This document shows positions 19,939-29,084 of a stretch of DNA of 64,000 nt, in pieces. The DNA comes from a candidate division Zixibacteria bacterium CG_4_9_14_3_um_filter_46_8. Its GTDB lineage: Bacteria > Zixibacteria > MSB-5A5 > UM-FILTER-46-8. Every line of letters starts with the position of its first letter. Positions within the stretch are counted from its first letter, which is position 1. The notes beneath the pieces are model-generated. The model searched no databases. It was not told the DNA's origin and saw nothing but the letters and a program-made list of their open reading frames with translations. The DNA is taken from the NCBI GenBank assembly GCA_002791595.1, contig PFXJ01000025.1, positions 19,880-83,879 on the forward strand. The letters run 5' to 3'. A program made the translations under genes and the position numbers.

Positions 19939-20810
19939 AGCTTGCTGAGAAAAATAAGGGACTTTTCTTTATCCTTCCCTGGGCCTTGACCTTCATCATA
20001 TTCTGGTTCTTCCCTCTACTATACTCACTAATTTTATCATTATTTTCTACAGACGTCATTCGGCAATCATCGCAGTTCGTCGGTTTGACGAATTATCTCA
20101 AGATATTCCGCGACCCCGATTTTTTTACAGCACTGTGGAACACGATCATCTTCGTGGCAGGCACCATTCCACTCACGACAATATTAGCGCTCATAGCCGC
20201 TCTTGCGGTCAATTCCCGCATTCCCCTGGCGAATATTTTCAAGACTTCGCTGGTAATACCATCTATCACATCAATGGTGGTGATGGCTCTGATATTCTCG
20301 CATCTTTATGCTCCGGGAGGATATATCGGCACATTATTAAAAATTATCGGGTTTGATCCCCCGGTTAACGGGCTATTATTGTCAGAGAAAACCGCGCTGG
20401 TATCAATAATGGCGATGGATGTGCTGATTGCTTTTGGTTATTATATGCTACTTTATATCGCCGCGCTTCAGAATATTCCCGAGAATCTCTATGAAGCCGC
20501 CGAGCTGGATGGAGCCGGTGGTTGGAATAAATTCAGATATATAACCCTCCCGCATTTGAAATCAATGACCTTATTCATTCTGGTCATAAATACTATCAGG
20601 TCATTCCAAATATTCACCGAGATATTTGTGATGACCAAAGGAGGTCCGTTGAATTCGACCCTGACAGCAGTTTATTATGTGTATGATGTCGGCTTTGTAA
20701 AATTTGATATGGGCTATGCCTCAGCGGCAGCTTATGTATTATTTATTGTAATTGCCATTTTTTCCATAATTCAGTTCAAGCTTTTTCAGCCGGAAAGTGC
20801 CAGCTCGTGA
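19935..20810 (+). CDS. Carbohydrate ABC transporter permease (MalF-like)
   Basis: EAA motif YEAAELDGA, ITLPHL, MGYASA. Confidence 0.93.
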   Translation: MKLAEKNKGLFFILPWALTFIIFWFFPLLYSLILSLFSTDVIRQSSQFVGLTNYLKIFRDPDFFTALWNTIIFVAGTIPLTTILALIAALAVNSRIPLANIFKTSLVIPSITSMVVMALIFSHLYAPGGYIGTLLKIIGFDPPVNGLLLSEKTALVSIMAMDVLIAFGYYMLLYIAALQNIPENLYEAAELDGAGGWNKFRYITLPHLKSMTLFILVINTIRSFQIFTEIFVMTKGGPLNSTLTAVYYVYDVGFVKFDMGYASAAAYVLFIVIAIFSIIQFKLFQPESASS

Positions 20811-21631
20811 TTGGAACAGAGCGCAAATTCAATCGAATAATTGCTTTTTCGATTATAATTATCTTCTCATTTTCATCACTGGCGCCCTTGTACTTTATGC
20901 TGGCTGGATCATTGCAGAATGTTGGACTGTCAGGTCCGTTGGAGGCGTTTCCATCCTCACTTTCTCTGCAAAGCTACAAAATGATTTTCTCATCATCACC
21001 GATGATACGATATGTTTTCAACAGCATCATCGTTGGACTCGCGGTAGTAATCGGCAATGTGATATTCTCGGTTTTGGTCGGTTACGGTTTTGCCAGATAC
21101 AGGTTCCGCGCCCGGGAATTCTGGTTTGCCTCAGCCCTGGTGGTGATGATGATCCCACCGCATGTCATTATAATCCCGCTCTATAAATTGATTAATGCCT
21201 TGGGTTGGTATAATAGCTATGCGGCTTTAATCATCCCCTGGCTGGTGAATCCATTTGGGATTTTCCTGATGCGGCAATATATTTTGTCATTGCCAACCGA
21301 AATTGAGGATGCGGCACGAGTAGATGGCGCCAGCGATCTTTACATAGTTTTCAAAATCGTAATGCCTCTGGCCAAACCGGCATTGGCGGTGCTGGCATTC
21401 CAGTCTTTCCTTACTAATTGGAATTCCTTTTTGTTCCCCTTTATACTCACTTCTTCGGATTCAATGCGAACATTGCCGGTAGCATTGGCATTGCTTAAAG
21501 GCTATCAAGCTATCGATTGGCCGCAACTTCTTGCGGCATCCACCATTTCCACTCTCCCTGTTTTAATCTTATTCCTGATATTTCAAAGACAGATTATATC
21601 TGGTATTACCGCTGGTGCATTAAAATCTTAG
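20807..21631 (+). CDS. Carbohydrate ABC transporter permease (MalG-like)
   Basis: EDAARVDGA, WNSFLFP, FQRQIISGI. Confidence 0.93.
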   Translation: MIGTERKFNRIIAFSIIIIFSFSSLAPLYFMLAGSLQNVGLSGPLEAFPSSLSLQSYKMIFSSSPMIRYVFNSIIVGLAVVIGNVIFSVLVGYGFARYRFRAREFWFASALVVMMIPPHVIIIPLYKLINALGWYNSYAALIIPWLVNPFGIFLMRQYILSLPTEIEDAARVDGASDLYIVFKIVMPLAKPALAVLAFQSFLTNWNSFLFPFILTSSDSMRTLPVALALLKGYQAIDWPQLLAASTISTLPVLILFLIFQRQIISGITAGALKS

Positions 21632-21766
21632 CGATTATTCAACATCAATTAATGGTGTGAAAATCGGATATGCGGATACGGAGCGATTGAGATTATCGCA
21701 AAAGTTGCAACCTACCATATTGGTTATGGAAAGCTATTGTAGAAACTGAATAATTATCAGCTTATT

Positions 21767-21789
21767 CCGAGGGACAAGCCCTCGGCTAC
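21767..21789 (-). repeat. REP-like palindrome (GTAG + hairpin)
   Basis: Minus strand GTAG-CCGAGGG-CTTGT-CCCTCGG, between convergent genes. Confidence 0.5.
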
Positions 21790-21840
21790 CTTAGAGAAGA
21801 TTCATTGGCGCAACCAATCAATTAACTTTTATTACATCCT

Positions 21841-23637
21841 CTATTTCTCCGCGTGATCGAGGAAATCGCAAATTCCCTGATAAATCCCCTCGGCGCATTT
21901 CTGCTGGAATCTCTTATCACGAAGCATCGCTTCTTGCTGGGGTATCATAATGAAAGCACATTCCACAAGCACTGCAAGCAATTCGGAAGGGCGAGTCAAG
22001 GCCAAATTGCCATATTGGACCCCATAATCAGGCAGTCCTGTCTTTTCAAGCATACGATTTTGAATCGCATCGGCAAGAGGTTTCGATTGAGGATGGTAAT
22101 AATAGGTGGAAACGCCGTTGTGAGTGAATGGATTCACACCGTCAGGCAAGGCGTTATTATGAATGGAAATCAAGATATCAGCATCAAAGTCCAGGGCGAT
22201 CTTTGGACGGTCGTAAATAGAAATCGGCTCGAATCCATATCGGGTTTGGATAACTTTTGCCCCATTTTTCTCCAATATCTTTCGGAGTTTGTGGGAAATC
22301 CAAAGGTTCACATCACGCTCGACTAAGCCCGTAGGACCAACCGCTCCGGGATCCGCACAATGACCCGGATCGATGACGATTCTCAACCCAGCCACCTTAG
22401 ATTTGAGAAACCCGCCGAATGGAGGTTGTTTCTTAATATGAAGATTGAAATTTGTATCGCTGTAACCTGCTTCATAACCCCATTGGTATCCTTGACTTAA
22501 TTCAAGAGTCAAGCGAAATACCCCATTTTCCGGTTGCGCCCATTCAGCCGCTCGGATAATGCTCTTGCTGGGGATATGCTTTATCCAATCGGCATCGCCG
22601 ATGACACCATATAGATAAATCGTCAATCTCGATGGGGAAAGCTCCTGCTCGATCCTATATGGATGTTTAAATGATAATGGTATCCTAACTATCGACTCGT
22701 CAGACTTCGCCTCGATAAAGACAGTCCGGACTCTGCTTGAAGGAATTTCAGTTCCCAGAGGCAAAATCTCCACGCTATCACGAGGCACAAATCCAGTCGT
22801 AGTTTCCGAAAGTTCCAACCGAATGAAATCACCGTCGAAACCATCATATACAGCTCTAATTCCCGGCGGCTGATAAAGAAGCAAATATCCGGCTTTGGGC
22901 GCAGTTCGGACAATCTGAGAATTTCCGGTAAATTCGACAACCCGAACATTATCCGAAAGGCGCGAAATTTTGCCTCTCGAATTGATCAATACGGAGTCGC
23001 CTTTAATCGAGCAGATTTTATATCGAATCGCACCAGCAAGGGTATCCACTGCATTGCCGATCCTGAAGTAATGACGATAATGCGACAGATGAACTGAATC
23101 CGTCAAAACGGGTTCATTCGCGAATTCACGTGAGTCGATATCTTGACCAGGATTTTCATATAGCGGAAACCAGGTGGTATCTCCGGGGAGACAATAAAAG
23201 GCAAAGTGATGAGGGGTGCCGTTAAAACCCAATTCTATGATTTCGCCAGATGGAAGTTGAATGTCTTGAAATGGAATTACACTTCCGGGATTGATAAACG
23301 TAAAATCTGGATCGATTTTCAAATCCGCGCCACCAATTGTGACCATTCTCTGGGTCATAATGGTATCCCCTGCGATAATTGAGACTAATCGGAATATGAA
23401 TTCACCATCGCTGACATCGAGAAATGCAAGGAATCCTCCGGATTCGTGAACAGGAATGGGTTGATCATTGATGAAAAGCGTGCTTCCGGGGTCGGTGTTG
23501 CCAAATATAAAGGTCGAATCGACCGAAGGTAGATAGCTATTGGGTCTTGGATAAATGATGGTTAGATGGCCTCCGTAGGAATTGGCGGAAACAACCAGGA
23601 AGATTACCAGAATGGCGGAAATGCTCCTGATTCTCAT
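21841..23637 (-). CDS. N-acetylmuramoyl-L-alanine amidase (Amidase_3) with large N-terminal region
   Basis: Signal peptide; IDPGH, ERDVN, ISIHNNA, VLVEC zinc/catalytic motifs. Confidence 0.92.
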   Translation of the reverse strand: MRIRSISAILVIFLVVSANSYGGHLTIIYPRPNSYLPSVDSTFIFGNTDPGSTLFINDQPIPVHESGGFLAFLDVSDGEFIFRLVSIIAGDTIMTQRMVTIGGADLKIDPDFTFINPGSVIPFQDIQLPSGEIIELGFNGTPHHFAFYCLPGDTTWFPLYENPGQDIDSREFANEPVLTDSVHLSHYRHYFRIGNAVDTLAGAIRYKICSIKGDSVLINSRGKISRLSDNVRVVEFTGNSQIVRTAPKAGYLLLYQPPGIRAVYDGFDGDFIRLELSETTTGFVPRDSVEILPLGTEIPSSRVRTVFIEAKSDESIVRIPLSFKHPYRIEQELSPSRLTIYLYGVIGDADWIKHIPSKSIIRAAEWAQPENGVFRLTLELSQGYQWGYEAGYSDTNFNLHIKKQPPFGGFLKSKVAGLRIVIDPGHCADPGAVGPTGLVERDVNLWISHKLRKILEKNGAKVIQTRYGFEPISIYDRPKIALDFDADILISIHNNALPDGVNPFTHNGVSTYYYHPQSKPLADAIQNRMLEKTGLPDYGVQYGNLALTRPSELLAVLVECAFIMIPQQEAMLRDKRFQQKCAEGIYQGICDFLDHAEK

Positions 23638-24635
23638 TTCCTGATAGCCCCCAATCCATTGCGATTCTGCAGATTCATTATGCCCATCACGGTGCTCGCT
23701 CCGTCGAATGGATCATTGTTAATCAAAAGATTGCCATCAAGATCAATATAATCCGCCAATGTTGCCAAGTGCAAGGCGGCGGTTATTCCAATTGAGCTTT
23801 CCACCATACAACCCAGCAAGACCTTCATTCCCAATTGTTTCGCATACTGGATGATTCGCAAGGTGTCAAATAATAGGCCGCATTTCGATAATTTAACATT
23901 GATGCCATGCGCTTTACCATATAATTCGATAAGGTTGGAAAAACGATTCATATCTTCATCCACAAATATGGGTATCGAAGCTGAGGAAGTTAATTTATCC
24001 AATTCCTCATAATGACCGGCAGCAAGAGGTTGCTCAATAAACTCGATATTGTAATCTGCGAGGGCTTCAATTTTATCGATAGCTTCATTATAATTCCATC
24101 CGCCATTGACATCCAACCGTAGTTGAGCAGAAGACAATTCCCGGAATCTCTTGACCGTTTCAAGGTCATATTCCGAGCCCAGCTTCAATTTGTAGGCAGG
24201 GAAATCTGGTTTTGCCCGAAGAAAAGTTTCAATCTCGCCGGGCTTCGATATCCCGAAAGAAAAGGATGTTGGAATGCCCTTGGGCTCGGATAGCCCCAAG
24301 TATTCAAATAATGGCCGGCCATCCTGTGCCGCCAGGTAACCATAAATGGCTTGCGAAACCGCGCAAAGAGCGGGTCTGGGAAATCCAATTAATTCTTTGG
24401 GCCAAGGATTAGCTCGCAGATATTCAAAATCCCGCCCGAAATCAAAGGAGGCCAAAATCCCTTTGGCGGCATTGTATATATCATCCGGCGTCTGTCCAAG
24501 ATAGTAAAGCGGCGCTCCCTCGCCATAATGCCCATCGATTTCGACAACGACATTCTCCCGTTCATTAGTAGTTCCTCGGCTCAATCGAAATGAATGTTCA
24601 AGCCTAAGTTTTATCTTTTGAACTTGTATTTTCAT
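23634..24635 (-). CDS. L-Ala-D/L-Glu dipeptide epimerase (enolase superfamily)
   Basis: KLK, DVNGG, EQP, DE, KLSKCG, GCMVES, DLDG. Confidence 0.92.
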   Translation of the reverse strand: MKIQVQKIKLRLEHSFRLSRGTTNERENVVVEIDGHYGEGAPLYYLGQTPDDIYNAAKGILASFDFGRDFEYLRANPWPKELIGFPRPALCAVSQAIYGYLAAQDGRPLFEYLGLSEPKGIPTSFSFGISKPGEIETFLRAKPDFPAYKLKLGSEYDLETVKRFRELSSAQLRLDVNGGWNYNEAIDKIEALADYNIEFIEQPLAAGHYEELDKLTSSASIPIFVDEDMNRFSNLIELYGKAHGINVKLSKCGLLFDTLRIIQYAKQLGMKVLLGCMVESSIGITAALHLATLADYIDLDGNLLINNDPFDGASTVMGIMNLQNRNGLGAIRK

Positions 24636-24653
24636 CTTTCCGCACGCCCATCT

Positions 24654-25463
24654 TCATATAATTCTCTTTATCGCCTGAAGATTTTTGAGCAGTTCCCTTC
24701 CGAATCCGTCCGCATTATCACCCAAATTATCGACAAAGACCCCTCCATGATGCGCGCTACTATGGATTAGCAGTTCTCTACTGATTGCAATTCCCACGTG
24801 CCTTTTGAAAAAGAGCAGATCCCCGGCGCGATGGCCGCCATATTTTACGCTCCGTCCTTTCTCAATCTGGTCTTTTGTGTCACGTGGAAGCGTGATTCCG
24901 AATTGCTTGAATATTGCCTGCACAAAACCAGAACAATCCCATCCCGACGGTGCAATTCCTCCCCAAAGATAAGGCGTGCCGATAAATGATTTTGCCGTCT
25001 TAACGATGTTATTGATTATGGGAGACTTAAGCCTCAGAGACTCGATGGAATCAAAAGAACCGACTGGGATCCAACCGCTCTGTTCTTTACCAAGTGAGAC
25101 TTCAACCCATTGTTTTTTTTGATTCAAAAGACTGAACTCAGTATTAAAATGAACAAGCAAGATAGTTTCGGATTTCGGAGAAGGCGATTTGCGAACTTGT
25201 ATCATCCCCGCCGTAATGCGTATATCCCTTCGGGAGGCGCGGAATGGTATTCTCAAGTGGCTAATCCGGATGAAACCTGAATGACCATCTTTCAGATTGA
25301 TGGGGACAAAGCATCCGGTTTCGTCGCCCGTTATTTTGACTTTAGTCCCCCATAGCGCTTGCGACAGACGTTCGGAATGAAAATCGGGTTCGGCGCGGAT
25401 ATCGGTTACGCCGACTGATACCCCCGCAGAATTATTTGACCCCGATGGCCTTTTTCTCAACAT
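24654..25463 (-). CDS. NlpC/P60 (C40) peptidase with SH3-like domains, YkfC-like gamma-D-glutamyl dipeptidyl-peptidase
   Basis: PYLWGG, DCSG, PRD, HVGI, IHS catalytic residues; start uncertain (ATG 25463 chosen). Confidence 0.85.
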   Translation of the reverse strand: MLRKRPSGSNNSAGVSVGVTDIRAEPDFHSERLSQALWGTKVKITGDETGCFVPINLKDGHSGFIRISHLRIPFRASRRDIRITAGMIQVRKSPSPKSETILLVHFNTEFSLLNQKKQWVEVSLGKEQSGWIPVGSFDSIESLRLKSPIINNIVKTAKSFIGTPYLWGGIAPSGWDCSGFVQAIFKQFGITLPRDTKDQIEKGRSVKYGGHRAGDLLFFKRHVGIAISRELLIHSSAHHGGVFVDNLGDNADGFGRELLKNLQAIKRII

Positions 25464-26592
25464 GCTTGTGGATATAGGTGGCTGGCAGCCTGGGCCCAAG
25501 ACCGCAGGTAATTTCCCAGGGAATTGTGCCGCATAATTCCGCTATTTCATCAGCCCCGATAAATTCACCGCCCTGTGGTCCAATCAACACCGCTTCATCA
25601 CCAACCCCGGCATTTGTATGACTGGTGATATCAACCATCAGAGCATCCATACAGACCCTCCCCACAATCGGCGCGCGTCGGCCCCCGATCAACACCTTTC
25701 CCCTGTTTGATAAAGCCCGCGGATAACCGTCACCATAGCCAATTGGAATAGTAGCGATTCGCATATCATGCGTTGCAACAAAGCTCATTCCATAACCAAC
25801 AGATTCCCCGGTAATCAATTCCCTAACATACAGAATATGGCTTAAGAGTTTTAGCGCTGGTTTGACACTAACTATCCGCTTACTTTCCTTGGAAGGATAA
25901 TATCCATATAGAAGCAATCCCGCACGCACCATATCAAAATAAGAATCTTCAAAGTTGAGCACGCCGCCGGAATTGGCTATCGACATTATCAGCTTATGCG
26001 GAATCATCTCCCTCAGTTCTCGACCCATGGCACTAAAGCGGCGCAATTGCTCGATACTGAAAGATGGATCGCCATTGTCGGATGAAGAGAAATTGGTGGA
26101 GACACCGGCCAGTTTGAGATGCCTTAGTGTCCGGATCTCGTTTGCCAGAATGAGGGCTTCATCAGGGTTGGGACCGTAACGCGACATACCAGTGTTGACT
26201 TTGATAAATATATCTATCTTCTCATTGTCAGCAGTAATTTCATCCAATTGTTTCGCAAATCGCAGGTCGGAAATCGTTGGAATCAGATGATACTGAGTAA
26301 ATAAATGCGCTCGATCCGGTGGTTCTGGATACAGCACAATTATGGGTAAATGTATGCCCGCCTCCCGGAGTTGAATGGCTTCCTCGACCAACGCCACTCC
26401 GAAGCAATTTGCCCCGTTTTCAGCCATCACCCTGGCAACTTCAATCGCCCCATGCCCGTATCCATCCGCTTTGACTACTGCTTGGAGCGCCACTCCCGCA
26501 GGGAGTTTCTCTTTGATATTGCAGGTATTCTGTGCGATAACCCCTAAGTCTATTTCGATATACGATGGTCTATTATGATGATTTGGTCTCAT
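25432..26592 (-). CDS. alr: Alanine racemase
   Basis: VVKADGYGHG, NTGMSR, ANSGG, GYGDGY, GRVCMD. Confidence 0.97.
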   Translation of the reverse strand: MRPNHHNRPSYIEIDLGVIAQNTCNIKEKLPAGVALQAVVKADGYGHGAIEVARVMAENGANCFGVALVEEAIQLREAGIHLPIIVLYPEPPDRAHLFTQYHLIPTISDLRFAKQLDEITADNEKIDIFIKVNTGMSRYGPNPDEALILANEIRTLRHLKLAGVSTNFSSSDNGDPSFSIEQLRRFSAMGRELREMIPHKLIMSIANSGGVLNFEDSYFDMVRAGLLLYGYYPSKESKRIVSVKPALKLLSHILYVRELITGESVGYGMSFVATHDMRIATIPIGYGDGYPRALSNRGKVLIGGRRAPIVGRVCMDALMVDITSHTNAGVGDEAVLIGPQGGEFIGADEIAELCGTIPWEITCGLGPRLPATYIHKHVEKKAIGVK

Positions 26593-26672
26593 AAATCCTT
26601 ATATGGGCGAAAAAATAATGCCTTTAACTTAAGATCGTGAAATATAAACGTTTCTTGACAAAGTAAGTTTCC

Positions 26673-26701
26673 ATTGTATCACCACCCCGCCGCAAAGTCA
26701 A
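26673..26701 (-). promoter_or_regulatory. Putative sigma70 promoter for the alr operon
   Basis: TTGACT-N17-TACAAT with TG extension. Confidence 0.55.
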
Positions 26702-26702
26702 G

Positions 26703-26728
26703 AAAAAAGGCGGCATCAAAAGCCGTCC
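26703..26728 (-). terminator. Rho-independent terminator
   Basis: Minus strand GGACGGC-TTTTGAT-GCCGCC-TTTTTT. Confidence 0.6.
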
Positions 26729-26782
26729 ACCTTGATGACGAAAGGGTGTATTTGAACGTCATATGCGGAACGCATAGGCATC

Positions 26783-26995
26783 CATATTGTTGATAAAAGA
26801 ATCCAGTCTTATTCCCCTCTGCAGAGGGGTGGCCGAAGGCCGGGGTGTGTTCTTTCTATGGGAAAACACACCCCGTCTCCCCGATTGCATCAGAGATCCA
26901 CCCCTCTCAAAAGAGGGGATTCAAATGCTACTCCGCTCTCGCTTGGCCAAAAGCTCAAATTCAATTCGATGTATCACAATTTTGTCAACAGTCTG
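26783..26995. mobile_element. Putative MITE with imperfect terminal inverted repeats enclosing a REP-like doublet
   Basis: Left end CATATTGTTGATAAAA versus right end (reverse complement) CAGACTGTTGACAAAA, 13/16 match; no transposase. Confidence 0.45.
26812..26920. repeat. Inverted pair of REP-like palindromic units (BIME/REPIN-like)
   Basis: CCCCTCT-GC-AGAGGGGTGG...CGGGGTGTGTT followed by its inverted copy AACACACCCCG...CCACCCCTCT-CAAA-AGAGGGG. Confidence 0.7.
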
Positions 26996-27018
26996 AGGCG
27001 GCATTAGAGCCGCCTTTT
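26996..27018. terminator. Terminator-like hairpin abutting the MITE right end
   Basis: AGGCGGC-ATTAGA-GCCGCCT-TTT. Confidence 0.5.
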
Positions 27019-27038
27019 CACCCTTATTTCCGAGATGA

Positions 27039-28811
27039 TTACTTCAGCAACACCATCCTGCGCGCTTCTGAGTGGTCATTCACAAAGAATTTATAGAAGT
27101 ATATCCCTGATACGAATTGGGAAGCATCCCAGCTTATAGTATGCTCTCCGGCATCAATCCTGCCATCCACCAGAATAGCGATCTTCTCCCCGAGGATATT
27201 ATAAATCGCCAATCTGACATCCGCAGCCTTATCAAGATTAAACTTGATGTTGGTCGAGGAATTAAATGGATTAGGATAGTTTTGACTCAGGTAATAATGG
27301 TTTGGAACGCCATTATCTTCCCCCGCCACTCCTTCCATCCATAGAGGATTGGGGATTGAGAGATAGCGCACGGGATTATCGGTTTGAGACCCCTCGGTTT
27401 GAGGGATGCCGCCCGCATCTTTGTCCTCGATGAATGTGATGTATATATTCTCATCGACTTTCTGTGCCATCGTTGACCAATGGTCGCTGTCGCAATCGCC
27501 AGGAAAACAGCCTTCAGTAGGGGAATTGGTAATATTGTCCGGATCGCTCCAAATCTCCCCACCATCGCCCGATGATGCCAGATAGAGTTCTCCATTGGAA
27601 TATCCGCCAACCGAAACATCTATATCATCGAAATGAGTCCAAAGGGCAAAAAGATTTCCTTGCTCATCTGCCGAAACGCTCATTTTGGAAGCTGAACGGT
27701 TCCATGCCCCGGGGAATGAAGCATACCAAGCATCATAAATCATATCGATTCCGGTAGCTTCCGACCAATGCCAGAGCAGGCAGGCATCCGCACTTATGGT
27801 TCCGCTGTCGGCATTGTAATAAGGGGTATTCCAAATTATATGTAGGTTGCCGTCATAGTCGTAACAGGCGGCCATATCGGCATAAGCGCGCAAGGTATCT
27901 TCCCATCTGTAGTTGGTGATGTTCACGATACTATTGTAATCCCACGTGGCGCCATCGGTCGATTCGATATAAGCGATATCGTTATTGAATTGATTCGGAT
28001 CACTGGGATTAAAATCGATCGGTTTAGGATAGACCAGCGCGACTTTGTCGTCAACATCGGAAGCGACCACGATAGTGGAAAAACAGGCGTACTCATCATA
28101 AATCTGAAAATCCTGCCAGCTACTGCCACCATCGGCGGAGTAGGTATGCCCGATTTTTTTCGGTATGTTTCCGGCTGATTCGCCCTCGGTGTCGGTAATA
28201 TGGATGTGGCCACCTTGGTCAGAAGCAATATATGGCCAAAGGAAATCAGTTTCGCCTGGATATTGATTGGGAACCTCATGATTAGTGAATAAACCCAAAC
28301 CACAACCTGCATCAACTCCGACATAGACAATGGTCTGAGGCGAATCATGATAGGCGATTAGGGCATTCCCCGTTGCCCGATCCACATCGAGATTGGTATA
28401 ACCATCTCTCGTGCCGGAAGAAGCCGGAGTGCCGTCTTCTCCCCAACCCGGCGTTCCGGACGGGTCAATATAGTTGTAGTAAATAAGGCGTGTCCCAGCC
28501 CAGTCAGTAACTCCTTTCATCCAACAAATATGGACTCCACAATCATGTTTGGCGATGCGATGACCGGTGGAACCGTTGGTTTGATAATCATAATAGGTCG
28601 AACCCACTATCATCCCCGGAGAGTCAGCGATGCCGCCCGGAACATAGGGAATTGCCCGCCGCATGGCGGCGGGTTGGGGAGATTCATCAGGAATTATCTC
28701 CCGAGCCTGCCCTTCCGCTATGCTGATTTTATGGATTTCGCCCGCATAGCCATCGAGAGAGAGGGAGATAATTAATGAAAGGGCCAAAGCCATCAGAATC
28801 AGGTTTTTCAT
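27039..28811 (-). CDS. Secreted Asp-box (BNR) beta-propeller protein with T9SS-type A / FlgD-like C-terminal sorting domain (paralog 1)
   Basis: Signal peptide; Asp-boxes SADGGSSW, STDGATW, SGDGGEIW; CTD LSQNYPNPFN...SGIYFY...RRMVLLK. Confidence 0.85.
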   Translation of the reverse strand: MKNLILMALALSLIISLSLDGYAGEIHKISIAEGQAREIIPDESPQPAAMRRAIPYVPGGIADSPGMIVGSTYYDYQTNGSTGHRIAKHDCGVHICWMKGVTDWAGTRLIYYNYIDPSGTPGWGEDGTPASSGTRDGYTNLDVDRATGNALIAYHDSPQTIVYVGVDAGCGLGLFTNHEVPNQYPGETDFLWPYIASDQGGHIHITDTEGESAGNIPKKIGHTYSADGGSSWQDFQIYDEYACFSTIVVASDVDDKVALVYPKPIDFNPSDPNQFNNDIAYIESTDGATWDYNSIVNITNYRWEDTLRAYADMAACYDYDGNLHIIWNTPYYNADSGTISADACLLWHWSEATGIDMIYDAWYASFPGAWNRSASKMSVSADEQGNLFALWTHFDDIDVSVGGYSNGELYLASSGDGGEIWSDPDNITNSPTEGCFPGDCDSDHWSTMAQKVDENIYITFIEDKDAGGIPQTEGSQTDNPVRYLSIPNPLWMEGVAGEDNGVPNHYYLSQNYPNPFNSSTNIKFNLDKAADVRLAIYNILGEKIAILVDGRIDAGEHTISWDASQFVSGIYFYKFFVNDHSEARRMVLLK

Positions 28812-28878
28812 CTCTTAATCCTTTCAATTAAATGAATAAGTCAAACGACTAATACTGTATGAATTTATGTTAGAATGT

Positions 28879-28959
28879 TCTGGCGCAACCTGCACCAGCT
28901 TCGCCGGAACACAATTTAGAAAAATGGACAGCCATTTACTTCAGCAACACCATCCTGCG
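28879..28959 (-). pseudogene. Remnant 3' end of another CTD-bearing paralog
   Basis: 28936-28959 is identical to 27039-27062 (encodes RRMVLLK*); followed by a degenerate hairpin resembling the one at 29660-29693. Confidence 0.5.
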
Positions 28960-29084
28960 GATCTTGCATAGATTGCGCCATAAGGTGATTCGCATTCGGT
29001 GAATAAGGATTTATTATGAAGGAACCCGATTGCAATTCACCGGCATGCGACTTCCACCGGAAACAAAGGGCACCTATAAAAAGG

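Noticed and set aside
26729..26750. TTGATGA-CGAAA resembling a hammerhead ribozyme core
   Set aside because: The core needs CUGAnGA and a stem II before GAAA; both are missing
26787..27096. Track ORFs over the MITE/REP region
   Set aside because: Chance translations of palindromic repeats; no transposase motifs
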